64,000 nt of DNA from an uncultured SAR86 cluster bacterium (GTDB taxonomy: Bacteria > Pseudomonadota > Gammaproteobacteria > Magnimaribacterales > D2472). Each line of letters starts with the position of its first letter. Position 1 is the first letter of the stretch. Made by a program: the position numbers and the translations under genes. Of the stretch, positions 26,971 to 36,734 are shown piece by piece. The DNA is taken from assembly GCA_905181595.1 (NCBI GenBank), contig CAJIYI010000001.1:79291-143290 (forward strand), read 5' to 3'. Under the pieces are notes generated by a model. The model saw only the letters and a program-made list of their open reading frames with translations. It was not told where the DNA came from and did not search any database.

Positions 26971-28029
26971 TTATTTATAGTTTTTCTCTACCAGTGACCA
27001 AGCGGCTTCAGCTAAAGGTCTTACTTGATCGGCTCGATCTTCAGCATGTTTGCTAGCTGCGGTCCCATCTCTAACTCTACCAATTATTCCCTGTAAGATT
27101 CCTGCAAGTTTAAAGATATTGAATACGTAATAGAATTCCCAATTATTTGAAAGATCTTTACCGGTAGTCTCTGAATACATATCTCGATACTCATTTTCGG
27201 TTGGAATGCCTTGCTCTTTGCAGAACTTTTCATCAGCAAGTTGAGGAATATTTCTCCAACTAATGCAGTGATAATTAAAATCTGCAACTGGATGACCTAG
27301 GGTTGATAATTCCCAATCTAAAACACCCATCACTTTATTATCGGCGCCAAAGACCATATTATCTAGACGGTAATCTCCATGAACAATGCATGTTTCATCT
27401 TCATCTGGGATATTGCCAGGAAGCCAGTCAATTAATTTATTCATAGCATCAATCTCTTCAGTTTGAGAGGCAAGATATTGCTTGGTCCAGCGAGAAACCT
27501 GCCTAGCTATATAATTTCCAGGTTTACCGTAAGTAGTTAAACCCACAGATTCATAATCAACCTTGTGCAGCTCTGCGATCACTTTATTTTTACTCAGGTA
27601 TATTGCCTTCCGTTCTTCAGGAGATTTATCTTTTAATAATAGATCCCAGTAAATATTTCCATCAAGAAAATCCATTACAAAAAACTCCGTACCTATTAAG
27701 TCCTTGTCCTCGCATAAACCATAGGTATTAGGAACCGGCACTTCAGTATCTTTGAGAGCAGTCATAACCCTGTATTCACGATCAACTGCATGTGCAGATG
27801 GCAGCAATATACCCGGAGGTTTTCTTCGTAATACGAACTCTTTCTTTTCTGTTGAAATTTTATACGTTGGATTTGATTGACCGCCCTTGAATTGAGCAAT
27901 TTGAATAATCTTGCCGGTTTCAGGAATATGATCCCCAAACCATTCTTGGAGTCGGGCTTCATCAAATTTAAGATTTTCAGCAACGTCTTTAGTGCCTGAA
28001 AAGATTAAGTCATTGTTATTCATATCCAT
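26971..28029 (-). CDS. APH-fold phosphotransferase of the ACAD10/ACAD11 N-terminal kinase type
   Basis: 352-aa ORF with FKGGQSNPTYKI, the catalytic loop HGDYRLDNMVF, and LDWELSTLG. Confidence 0.75.
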   Translation of the reverse strand: MDMNNNDLIFSGTKDVAENLKFDEARLQEWFGDHIPETGKIIQIAQFKGGQSNPTYKISTEKKEFVLRRKPPGILLPSAHAVDREYRVMTALKDTEVPVPNTYGLCEDKDLIGTEFFVMDFLDGNIYWDLLLKDKSPEERKAIYLSKNKVIAELHKVDYESVGLTTYGKPGNYIARQVSRWTKQYLASQTEEIDAMNKLIDWLPGNIPDEDETCIVHGDYRLDNMVFGADNKVMGVLDWELSTLGHPVADFNYHCISWRNIPQLADEKFCKEQGIPTENEYRDMYSETTGKDLSNNWEFYYVFNIFKLAGILQGIIGRVRDGTAASKHAEDRADQVRPLAEAAWSLVEKNYK

Positions 28030-28754
28030 TAGAGTGATTTACCACCATCTATATTTAAAGTTTGACCTGTAATGTATGGAGATTCAGCAAGAAATATTGC
28101 AGCTTTAGCAATATCAATTTCGGTGCCCATTTTTTTTAGCGGCACAGCACTCAAAATATTATTTTTTTCGGCGTCAGTCCATGTTTTATTTGGCGGCTCA
28201 AGAATTGCTCCAGGAGCAATGGCATTCACCCTGATTTCTGGAGCTAAATCCTTTGCGAGTGATTTAGTCAAAGTATCTAGGCCTGATTTTGCTGCCAAAT
28301 ATATTGAATGATTCTTGATCGGTCTTTTAATATTAATATCAGTAACATTGATGACAAATCCAGATTGTCTCTTTAATTCCTCATGAAGCTCTTGAACCAA
28401 AAACAACGGAGCTTTTAGATTACTGCCCATCAGAGCATCCCAATCCTTTTCAGAAAATTCTCCCATCGGCGTTGGATAGAATGTAGAAGCATTATTTATC
28501 AAGCCATCAATTCGACCAAAGGCTGACATCGCTTGGCTGGCAAGATTTTTAACATCATTCATATGGTCTAGGTTCGCCTGAATAGAGACCGCGCTATTAG
28601 GTCTTATTGCATTCAGCTCGTTACAAAGGCTAATAGCATCCTCGCTAGAACTATTAAAATGAACGATGATATTAAAATCAATAGCAAAAAACTCTTTTGC
28701 AATCTGTTTGCCAATTCTTTTGGCGGCACCCGTAACTAAGATAACTTTATTCAT
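28029..28754 (-). CDS. short-chain dehydrogenase, pteridine reductase (PTR1/FolM)-like
   Basis: 241-aa ORF with VTGAAKRIG, NNAS, and the Y-x3-K catalytic pair (YLAAK). Confidence 0.65.
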   Translation of the reverse strand: MNKVILVTGAAKRIGKQIAKEFFAIDFNIIVHFNSSSEDAISLCNELNAIRPNSAVSIQANLDHMNDVKNLASQAMSAFGRIDGLINNASTFYPTPMGEFSEKDWDALMGSNLKAPLFLVQELHEELKRQSGFVINVTDINIKRPIKNHSIYLAAKSGLDTLTKSLAKDLAPEIRVNAIAPGAILEPPNKTWTDAEKNNILSAVPLKKMGTEIDIAKAAIFLAESPYITGQTLNIDGGKSL

Positions 28755-29767
28755 AATATTGATTTTAATGCTTCATGATAAAGGAATTGTTTTTTCTCTG
28801 ATACTGCATTTCCATCAAATTCTGCTAACTGTGAAAAATTGATGCTCATTACCGCATTACTTATTTTATCTAGGTCTTTGCGATGTGGCTGCAAAATTTT
28901 AAGTTCTAATAATCCCTTAAGCTCTTCATGGTTTCTAGGAAAGTTAATACTTTCAATCAATACAATCTTTTCTTGAGCCTCAGAACAATTGATTAAGCTT
29001 AAAATTAACTTAAATAATTCAATTCCCTTTTGAAATGACTTAGGAATCGGTAGATCTGAGCAGAGATTAAAATGATTTACTCTTTGCATCTCTATCCACT
29101 TATGCTCAGGAGTAATCCCATCAATACTTATTTTTTCAAGACCTGTAAACCATGGATTTAGAAGCCCATGCTCAACCAAAGATTCAAAAAAATTTTCTGT
29201 ATAGGGGGAGGATAACGCTTTAAAAGTTTCCATCCATACCCGATCGGCAGACAGAGAGGACAGCTCATCAGAAATGGCGATTTCTCTGAGTAGGGCACTT
29301 GTTTCTTCAGCTATCTCAAAGTCTTTTAGATGCGCGTAAGTCTTAAATCTTGCTAGCCTAAGCGCCCTTAATGGATCCTCGGCAAAAGCACTAGATGTAT
29401 GGCGAAAAATCTTTTTTTGTATATCTTTTTTTCCACCAAAAGGATCAGTAATGTTTCCATCAGAATCTTTGGACATAGCATTGATTGTAAGATCTCGCCT
29501 TTTAAGATCTTCTTCTAGAGTGACACTGCTATCAAAGTAAAAGGTAAAATCTTTATAACCTTTTCCAGATTTTTTTTCAGTTCTTGCTAAAGCATATTCT
29601 TCTTTAGTTTCTTGATGCAGGAATACAGGGAAATCTTTTCCAATTGGTTTGTAACCACTCTGCTCCATTTCGGCTGGACTTGAATTAATTACCACCCAAT
29701 CTCTATCAACAGGATTCACACCCATCAGCTCATCTCTAACGCACCCTCCAACTTCAAATACTTTCAT
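28751..29767 (-). CDS. cca: tRNA CCA-adding nucleotidyltransferase (short form without HD domain)
   Basis: 338-aa ORF with GGCVRD, RRDLTINAM and EDPLRALRLARF blocks colinear with E. coli Cca. No HD dipeptide occurs anywhere in the protein. Confidence 0.85.
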   Translation of the reverse strand: MKVFEVGGCVRDELMGVNPVDRDWVVINSSPAEMEQSGYKPIGKDFPVFLHQETKEEYALARTEKKSGKGYKDFTFYFDSSVTLEEDLKRRDLTINAMSKDSDGNITDPFGGKKDIQKKIFRHTSSAFAEDPLRALRLARFKTYAHLKDFEIAEETSALLREIAISDELSSLSADRVWMETFKALSSPYTENFFESLVEHGLLNPWFTGLEKISIDGITPEHKWIEMQRVNHFNLCSDLPIPKSFQKGIELFKLILSLINCSEAQEKIVLIESINFPRNHEELKGLLELKILQPHRKDLDKISNAVMSINFSQLAEFDGNAVSEKKQFLYHEALKSIL

Positions 29768-29768
29768 A

Positions 29769-30572
29769 TTAATAATTTACTGAAAATTTCTTTAAATCTT
29801 CTAACCTCATAGCTGTAAGTTTTCCTTTCCATGCACAACCGGTATCTAATCCAACAAAATGTTTGTTTTTAGTTTTACCATTTAAGGCAGCCCAATGGCC
29901 AAAAAGAAAATAGTAATTTCTCTCTTTATATTTATCCGAATTATATTTAAACCAGGGCTTGAACCCATCAATATTTTTAGAACCAGTACTTTTTAGGTCC
30001 AGAGTTGCTGATTCATTAACAAACCGCATTCGAGTTAAGTAATTAACAATGATTCGATAGCGATCTGTTCCCTTAAGCTTATCATTCCATGTTCTAGGAC
30101 GATCGCCCCACATTGTCGAAAGAAACTTCTTGGGATTACCTTTTAAAGCATTTGATACTTCTTTGGCTAACTTTTGAGCCTTGCTGGGTGACCAAATTTC
30201 TGGAATCCCGGCATGGGTTATAAAAAATGTATTGCCAGAGATCAGATCCTTTTCTTTAATAAATAAAGGCCTGCTAATTAGCCATTTATATATTTTTTGA
30301 CTGTTTTTTGCTTCTACTATTGTTTTTAACTTTCCCTTACCTTTATTTACAGATAATAAATATAAAAGGTAGAGATCATGATTTCCTAAAACAGTTTGAA
30401 TATTTGGATTTGCCATGCAGAAGTTAATCATCGCAAGTGATTCAGTTCCTCTGTTTACTAGGTCGCCAGTTAGAATAATTTTATCTTCACTGGGATTAAA
30501 GTTCATTTTATCAAGAAGCCTTATAAATTGAGCAAAACAGCCATGAACGTCACCGACAACAAAAGTACTCAT
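29769..30572 (-). CDS. apaH: symmetrical bis(5'-nucleosyl)-tetraphosphatase
   Basis: The track ORF extends to 30611. The ATG at 30572 (MSTFVVGDVHGCF) lies 1 nt after the rsmA stop. Metallophosphatase motifs present: GDVHGC, GDLVNRG, GNHD. Confidence 0.9.
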   Translation of the reverse strand: MSTFVVGDVHGCFAQFIRLLDKMNFNPSEDKIILTGDLVNRGTESLAMINFCMANPNIQTVLGNHDLYLLYLLSVNKGKGKLKTIVEAKNSQKIYKWLISRPLFIKEKDLISGNTFFITHAGIPEIWSPSKAQKLAKEVSNALKGNPKKFLSTMWGDRPRTWNDKLKGTDRYRIIVNYLTRMRFVNESATLDLKSTGSKNIDGFKPWFKYNSDKYKERNYYFLFGHWAALNGKTKNKHFVGLDTGCAWKGKLTAMRLEDLKKFSVNY

Positions 30573-30573
30573 A

Positions 30574-31341
30574 TTACAAAAGAGAAGACTTAAACATGAC
30601 AACAAACTCATCCAGCGACAGCTCCTCAGCTCGCGCTAATGGGTTGATATTTAATTTCACCAAATCAATGGATGTTTTCTTAAGATTGTTTTTGATGTTC
30701 TTTCTCTTATTAGCAAACGCCATATCAACCAAAGCTGAAAAGTCTGGATACTGAGATAAGCTAATTTGTGGATCTTTGCGAGGGATTAATCGCATAAGCG
30801 TTGACTGAACTTTTGGCTTAATGTCGAAAGCTTCTGGCGGAACATTGAACAATGCCGTGGATTGAAAAAAAGCCCCTATTTTTAATGCTAGTCTGCCCCA
30901 ATCCTTACTTCCAGGCGAAGAACAGACCCTATGCGCAACTTCTTTTTGAACTAAAAAGTGCATATCAACGATATTGGGTGAGTGAAGGATCAATTTTAGA
31001 ATGATTTGAGTAGAAATATTGTAGGGAAGATTTCCTACAACTCTATGTGCAGATTCAGAAAGAAAATCTAACGATTCATGAAGAATGTCTCCATGGATAA
31101 ATTGATGATTGTCATGATAGAAATTTGCTTGCAGAGCATTGATATTTTCTTCATCAAGATCCATGGCAAGAATTTTAATGTCTTCGCCCATCAATGATTT
31201 TGTCAATGCGCCTGTTCCAGGACCAATTTCAAAAAAAAAATTATTTTTTTGAGGATTAATGGCTCTTTCAATTTCAAAGAGAATCACAGGATCTATCAGA
31301 TAGTTTTGACCAAGCTTGCGTCGATGAGCTCTTTCGTTCAT
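30574..31341 (-). CDS. rsmA: 16S rRNA (adenine1518/1519-N6)-dimethyltransferase
   Basis: 255-aa ORF with KLGQNYL and the SAM motif EIGPGTGALT. It lies in a pdxA-rsmA-apaH order. Confidence 0.93.
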   Translation of the reverse strand: MNERAHRRKLGQNYLIDPVILFEIERAINPQKNNFFFEIGPGTGALTKSLMGEDIKILAMDLDEENINALQANFYHDNHQFIHGDILHESLDFLSESAHRVVGNLPYNISTQIILKLILHSPNIVDMHFLVQKEVAHRVCSSPGSKDWGRLALKIGAFFQSTALFNVPPEAFDIKPKVQSTLMRLIPRKDPQISLSQYPDFSALVDMAFANKRKNIKNNLKKTSIDLVKLNINPLARAEELSLDEFVVMFKSSLL

Positions 31342-32324
31342 TTGAGCTGGACAGCAGCCTGAATAATTGCTTCTTGCAAAGAGCCCAGCATTGGTTTTTT
31401 TCGGCCAGCAAATTCCAGCGCAGTGCCATGATCTACGGAGGTCCTAATAATAGGTATTCCTAGGGTAGTATTAATCGCCTCACCAAAGCTGAGAGCCTTT
31501 AAAACTGGCAAAGCTTGATCATGAAACATAGCTATATAAGCATCTGTATCTTCAAGGAGATCTTTGTTAAACGCTGTATCAGCAGAGAGAGGACCAACAA
31601 TATTCATTCCTAATTTTTTACAGGCAACAATTGCTGGAGTAATAATTTTTAATTCTTCGGTTCCTATTTTTCCACTTTCGCCTGCATGAGGATTTAATCC
31701 AAGCACTCTAATTTTAGGCTTTTTAATTTTAAATTTTTGCTTTAGCCCGTTATTAACAATTGTGATGACATTGATTAATTTAGCCTTCTTAATATTTTTT
31801 GGCACTTCTGACAATGGGATATGGGTGGTTGCGAGCGCAACTTTAATCTTCTTAGATGCTAAGAGCATCACTGCGTCTTTTGACCCAGTTCTTTTTTGAA
31901 TCCATTCAGTGTGCCCTTGAAATGTTTTAAAGCCACCCTCTACTATATTACTTTTTTGAATCGGGCCTGTAACAACCGCAATCTTTGAGTGTTCAATTGC
32001 TGCATCTATTGCAAAATTTAAATTAGAGATTACGTAACTAGCATTCTGTGGATTAAGTGAACCAGGAGTAATGTCTTTGCATTTAGATACGCAGTGAAAC
32101 TGGATGCAGCCAATTTTATTTTTTTTAGCTTTCTTTAGGTCCTGAAGCTCATGAAATTCAATTTTAAGCTTAAGTAAGTCAGCTCTTGCTTTCAGCAATG
32201 CTCCATCAGAGATAACTACAATAGGAATATTGATTGAGCTCCAAAATTTTAACTTTGCGATCCGTAGAATTAGATCTACCCCTATTCCAGCCGGCTCTCC
32301 GTGAGAATAGAGTATCTGCTTCAA
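31338..32324 (-). CDS. pdxA: 4-hydroxythreonine-4-phosphate dehydrogenase
   Basis: 328-aa ORF with GEPAGIG, LGLNPHAGE, FHDQALP and SVDHGTA blocks. Confidence 0.92.
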   Translation of the reverse strand: MKQILYSHGEPAGIGVDLILRIAKLKFWSSINIPIVVISDGALLKARADLLKLKIEFHELQDLKKAKKNKIGCIQFHCVSKCKDITPGSLNPQNASYVISNLNFAIDAAIEHSKIAVVTGPIQKSNIVEGGFKTFQGHTEWIQKRTGSKDAVMLLASKKIKVALATTHIPLSEVPKNIKKAKLINVITIVNNGLKQKFKIKKPKIRVLGLNPHAGESGKIGTEELKIITPAIVACKKLGMNIVGPLSADTAFNKDLLEDTDAYIAMFHDQALPVLKALSFGEAINTTLGIPIIRTSVDHGTALEFAGRKKPMLGSLQEAIIQAAVQLK

Positions 32325-33565
32325 TCTAATTCTTTAAACTCAACAAATGCTTCTGCTCGCATTGTCCTTAAGCTATTTTCAAGCTCCTCATCATATTTGC
32401 GCGCAAAAATTATGCCGTAGGCTCTATCTTTGATTACTTCTTCGGTTAGATCTTCTGTTCTTTGACCTAATACCTGCAGAAAATGAAAGCCAAATTCTGA
32501 TTCAAACACAGGAGAGATCTCTTGAAGGGGTGATGTTGTCATCATTTTTTCAAACGCAGGAGCTGTTTTACCTAAGCTGAGCCATTCCAGATCTCCACCT
32601 CTACTTGCTGATCCTGGGTCTTCTGAAAATTCTTTGGCTAGTAATGCAAAATCTTCACCAGCCATCGCCCTATCTCTCACTGCCTCTAACTCAGATTTAG
32701 TAAATGTCTCATCTCTTAGTTTGGTTGGCATCATTAATATATGGCGTGCATTCCACTGCTCTTCAAAGCGAACAAGACTGCCCCTTTTATCTTCTAATTG
32801 AAGCACAAAAAAACCTGATCCACTTTCAAGGGGAGGGCTAACATATCCTTTTTTCTTTCCTTTTAGCGCATCGGCAAAAAGACTGGGTAAATCAGCAAGA
32901 TTTCTCCACCCCATCTCTCCACCAGATGCTGCATTAGCACTGGTCGAACGCTCTTTAGCCAATACCTGAAAATCTTCTCCTGACTCTAAGTCAGACAACA
33001 CTTTCTCTGCTTTAATTTTGTCTTCAACAAGAATTTGTCTTACAAATAATTCTGGAGAAAGTTCTTTTACTGAGCCTTCTGTGGCTAAGAAACCATCTAA
33101 CTCCTGCTCTGTAATATTTACCTGTCTACCCACTTTCCCTCTTTGGACTCTTTGAATAATCATTTCTTTTCGAACTTGATCGCGCAACTCTTCGTAAGAA
33201 GCTCCTTCTGATTCTAGTGACTCGATAAAAGCTTCTAAAGTCATTTCATTATTTTTGGCTATCTCTTCAAATGCTTGATTTAACTCGCCATCACCAACTC
33301 GAACGCCACCTCTTATTGCCATTTGCAATTGAAGCTCTTCAATAATTAATCTTTCGCGCACCTGTTCTAACATTGACTCAGCAGGCGGTAAAGCTGCTCC
33401 TTGCTCTGCAAATCTTTGTTCTATGCTTTTGAGCATTGAATTTATCTGTGATTCCAGCACGACTCCATCACCCACAATAATTGCTACTCGATCAAGAATC
33501 TCTACCTTTGCATTCAACGGAAAGGTTACTAATATCGCTAAGGTTAGATGTATATATTTTTTCAT
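32321..33565 (-). CDS. surA: periplasmic chaperone / peptidyl-prolyl isomerase SurA
   Basis: 414-aa ORF with a signal peptide, an N-terminal chaperone region and two parvulin-like segments. It lies between lptD and pdxA. Confidence 0.9.
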   Translation of the reverse strand: MKKYIHLTLAILVTFPLNAKVEILDRVAIIVGDGVVLESQINSMLKSIEQRFAEQGAALPPAESMLEQVRERLIIEELQLQMAIRGGVRVGDGELNQAFEEIAKNNEMTLEAFIESLESEGASYEELRDQVRKEMIIQRVQRGKVGRQVNITEQELDGFLATEGSVKELSPELFVRQILVEDKIKAEKVLSDLESGEDFQVLAKERSTSANAASGGEMGWRNLADLPSLFADALKGKKKGYVSPPLESGSGFFVLQLEDKRGSLVRFEEQWNARHILMMPTKLRDETFTKSELEAVRDRAMAGEDFALLAKEFSEDPGSASRGGDLEWLSLGKTAPAFEKMMTTSPLQEISPVFESEFGFHFLQVLGQRTEDLTEEVIKDRAYGIIFARKYDEELENSLRTMRAEAFVEFKELD

Positions 33566-33583
33566 AGTGAGTATTGTACTGAA

Positions 33584-35878
33584 TTAAAAGTTTGCAAAGG
33601 CATTGGAAAAGAATTTATTTAATTGGGTCTTAGAACCCGTAATTCCCTTGAGCTCAAATTCAAAGTTAATTCTACTTTTGTTTTCAACAGAAATCATATT
33701 TTCCCAGGCCGCATTATTTGCATATGGGGCGAGGCCATCTGTGAAGTCATATTTCGATAATCTCTTATCTGATGCAAATAATTTAAATGCAAAACAGCAA
33801 TTTTCAAACCCTATGCCTATATAGCTGGCAAGATTTTTTTGGGTGGCAAGGTCTTTGCTAATACCAGCAAGAAATTTATAACCACCAACTAGATTTTGAT
33901 CTAGTGTAACTTCCCCATAGTCCAATTCATTGCTGGGACCTAGCAGCGGAACTTGGCGCCTAAATTTTCTTGAGAAAGATAGCTGAGTTTCCTGCAACTT
34001 GAGTGTAAAAGAAGTATTGGCAAAATTTAATTCATTTCTTTTATCAGAATAATTTGCCTCCATAAAAGCATTCGTATTGGGACTATCCCATTGAGCTTTT
34101 AGACCACTTTGTCTGTCTGCATCAAGGTTAATGCCCAACATTTGATTTAAGACCTTACTGGCTTCCTTTTCATGCTTCTTTGAGAGTTGCATAAGTATTG
34201 TTTGCTTATCCTGGAAGCGGGTCTGCCATTTTATCTTAGCTAAAAAGTATTCCTGATCAGCTATTCGATCCCTCCCAAAGAACAATGCTTGTTTAGGCGA
34301 GTGGAGATAATTACTATTTTTAATATGAAGATCAAATATTGGATCCAATGTCTGATCCTCATAAGAAGTCTTCTCATATGATAATGATGGGGTTATGAGA
34401 GACAGCCCAGAGGGTAGGATCCTTCTCAAGGTGGTTGATGCTTCTATGCCAAAAGAAGGAATACTTTTAGAGTTTTGAGAGCTTGAAGCGTTTGCAAGAT
34501 TATATTTTTTTGATACTAAGGTTCCATGCATTCCAAAATTCATCACCCCAACATTAGATTTAGAAGATAGCTCAATTTCTGCAATTGATCTTGAGCCCTC
34601 CATGAAGTTATTAGAGGGAATAAGGAGATTATTAATTGGATGCTCCAGATCAAAATCCGAATACTGAATTTTCCCAATAAATGTAAGCGGTCCCCCGGAG
34701 GCTGAATAAGATAAGTTAAATTCAGGTTTTTTTATAAAGCCATTTGCCATAAATGGATTGAGCGACTGATAGCCTTGCCTAGCAATGCTGATGTAGAAAT
34801 TTTTTATATGTCCACTCACTTCAATCGATTGGGGTAAGTAGTGATCTCTTTGAGTGGCAATATTGGTAAGATTTGATGGTAAGTCCAACAACACCATGGG
34901 ATCCGAAGATTTTGCCCAATTAATTTTGCCAACAAAATTTTTAAACTTTCTTAAATCATTCCATTTAAAGGCCCACCTTGAATCATCTAAGGCATAATTT
35001 TTCTTACCTTCTTTGTCGCTTGAAAAAAACATGAGATCAAGATAATTGTCTGCACTGACACTCGTCAGATATCTATAATTTGTTTCTAAACCCAAACCTC
35101 TTTTTTTTAAAGCCCTTGGTGCAATGGTAATATCGCTTCGTTCAGAAAGTACTAAAAAATATGGCAGATAAACATCTAGACCATCACTCGTTATTCCAAT
35201 ATCTGGCTCAAGAAAACCACTTAATCTTTCCGTGGAAACAGTAAAAGGAAGATAGGGTAGTTTCAGCAGAGTGTTGTCTTTTACTTTTAAGCTTAAATTT
35301 TTAATGTATCCTCGCTTGGATTTTTCATTAATAGCGATAGTTTTAGCAGAGATCTGCCAGCCATCCGAAGTATCCAGACAAGATGTTAAATTAGCATCTT
35401 TAAATATAAGGCTTGATCCAAGCTCTCCACTCAAAGACTTATAGTTCACGAGTAAATTTCTTTCGGCTAAGTAGGTATTACCCTCAATAAAACTAAAGCC
35501 TTTAGATGTCTCGTTTAATGAGCCGCTTTGAAACTTGAAATATGAATCTAAATAGTAAATATTGCCTTGTGTGATTTCATCAATGCGCTTGCCGTTAGAG
35601 TCGTAGTTAGCACTTAGAGCTTTTATGCTTCCATTCGTTATTGGAATCTCAACCTGATCACGTAAAAATATTCTGCCATTCGACTGAACATCCATTTTTG
35701 AGGCGCTGATCTTAGTGGGTAATAAGTTTTTAGCTATTTTGGGATAGAGTGGATTTGAGCAACCTAAAAATCTATTTTTAGCATTATTTATTTCTAGAAC
35801 ATCATTGTTTTGAGAATGCGCATGACCAACAAGCATTGATGCAAGCCCTATGACGCAATAATGGACGATCTTCTTCAT
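33584..35878 (-). CDS. lptD: LPS-assembly outer-membrane protein LptD
   Basis: 764-aa ORF with a signal peptide, an OstA-like N-terminal domain and a long beta-rich C-terminal part ending in an aromatic residue (ANF). It heads the lptD-surA-pdxA-rsmA-apaH cluster. Confidence 0.9.
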   Translation of the reverse strand: MKKIVHYCVIGLASMLVGHAHSQNNDVLEINNAKNRFLGCSNPLYPKIAKNLLPTKISASKMDVQSNGRIFLRDQVEIPITNGSIKALSANYDSNGKRIDEITQGNIYYLDSYFKFQSGSLNETSKGFSFIEGNTYLAERNLLVNYKSLSGELGSSLIFKDANLTSCLDTSDGWQISAKTIAINEKSKRGYIKNLSLKVKDNTLLKLPYLPFTVSTERLSGFLEPDIGITSDGLDVYLPYFLVLSERSDITIAPRALKKRGLGLETNYRYLTSVSADNYLDLMFFSSDKEGKKNYALDDSRWAFKWNDLRKFKNFVGKINWAKSSDPMVLLDLPSNLTNIATQRDHYLPQSIEVSGHIKNFYISIARQGYQSLNPFMANGFIKKPEFNLSYSASGGPLTFIGKIQYSDFDLEHPINNLLIPSNNFMEGSRSIAEIELSSKSNVGVMNFGMHGTLVSKKYNLANASSSQNSKSIPSFGIEASTTLRRILPSGLSLITPSLSYEKTSYEDQTLDPIFDLHIKNSNYLHSPKQALFFGRDRIADQEYFLAKIKWQTRFQDKQTILMQLSKKHEKEASKVLNQMLGINLDADRQSGLKAQWDSPNTNAFMEANYSDKRNELNFANTSFTLKLQETQLSFSRKFRRQVPLLGPSNELDYGEVTLDQNLVGGYKFLAGISKDLATQKNLASYIGIGFENCCFAFKLFASDKRLSKYDFTDGLAPYANNAAWENMISVENKSRINFEFELKGITGSKTQLNKFFSNAFANF

Positions 35879-35934
35879 GAGTCTAAATTGTACTATTTTG
35901 AACTTAGAAAAGAGGAAACGTAAAAAGTTTCAGC

Positions 35935-36534
35935 TTACTGTGATGCCAGATCTCTTATCTCGCGCAAACTCTCTTTGCCAAAAAACATCTCATCCTCAAC
36001 AAAGAATGTTGGAATGCCAAAAGCCCCTTTTTCCACTGCATTATTTGTATTTGCAATCAATTCAGCCTTAGTTTCATCTTTTGCAATTTCCTCTATAACT
36101 AAATCTGCATGACAATCATGTTCAGTTAACAATTGATGCAAGGATTCAGGACTATCTAATTTAAGAGAACTCTCCCACATTCCACTTAAAACAATTTCCA
36201 CATAATCATCAAAAAAATTATTTTTTTGTGCAACGATTGCTCCTCTTATAAGAGAGATTGTATTTACCGGAAAATGCTCATTCATTTTAAAATTATCAAT
36301 CTGATACTCTCGCATAAATCTATTGAAGGCAGTATCAAATTCATACTTCATCTTATTTGGAATCTCACCAAATGCGATCATGGGAGGCTGGTTATTTGAT
36401 AGCTTCATCAGCCCACCCAAAAGACAGGGGACATAATTAAATTTAATATCATGTTTTTTCTCTAACTGAATAATTGCTTTGTGGCATAGGTATGCATTTG
36501 GACTTGCAAAATCAAAAATAAAATCTACATTCAT
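35935..36534 (-). CDS. DsbA-fold 2-hydroxychromene-2-carboxylate isomerase / GST-kappa-like protein
   Basis: 199-aa ORF with an N-terminal DFIFDFASPNAYL block (an SPxxY-type motif replacing CxxC) and a C-terminal GIPTFFV...FFGKE block typical of this family. Confidence 0.65.
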   Translation of the reverse strand: MNVDFIFDFASPNAYLCHKAIIQLEKKHDIKFNYVPCLLGGLMKLSNNQPPMIAFGEIPNKMKYEFDTAFNRFMREYQIDNFKMNEHFPVNTISLIRGAIVAQKNNFFDDYVEIVLSGMWESSLKLDSPESLHQLLTEHDCHADLVIEEIAKDETKAELIANTNNAVEKGAFGIPTFFVEDEMFFGKESLREIRDLASQ

Positions 36535-36734
36535 GGTTGTCTCTTGCCCTAGGGCATATAATTGTTATTTAAATTTGCATGAATCATTTCAAAAATGCAA
36601 CAACAAGTTATTATTGATGTTTAGACAAGTAAGAGCACAAGATTAAGCAAAAGTTTTAGATATAGACATCCTTGTATTTAAGAAACTAAGCATGGCTTGA
36701 GCTAAAAAAAACAGAAAAATTTAAGGAGAAAAGT

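Noticed and set aside
31225-31250. Long A/T homopolymer runs inside coding regions (for example A10/T7 in rsmA and T9 at about 13277 in recG) as phase-variation switches.
   Set aside because: The genes are in frame, the runs encode Lys/Phe/Asn stretches expected in an AT-rich genome, and the genes are housekeeping rather than surface or contingency loci.
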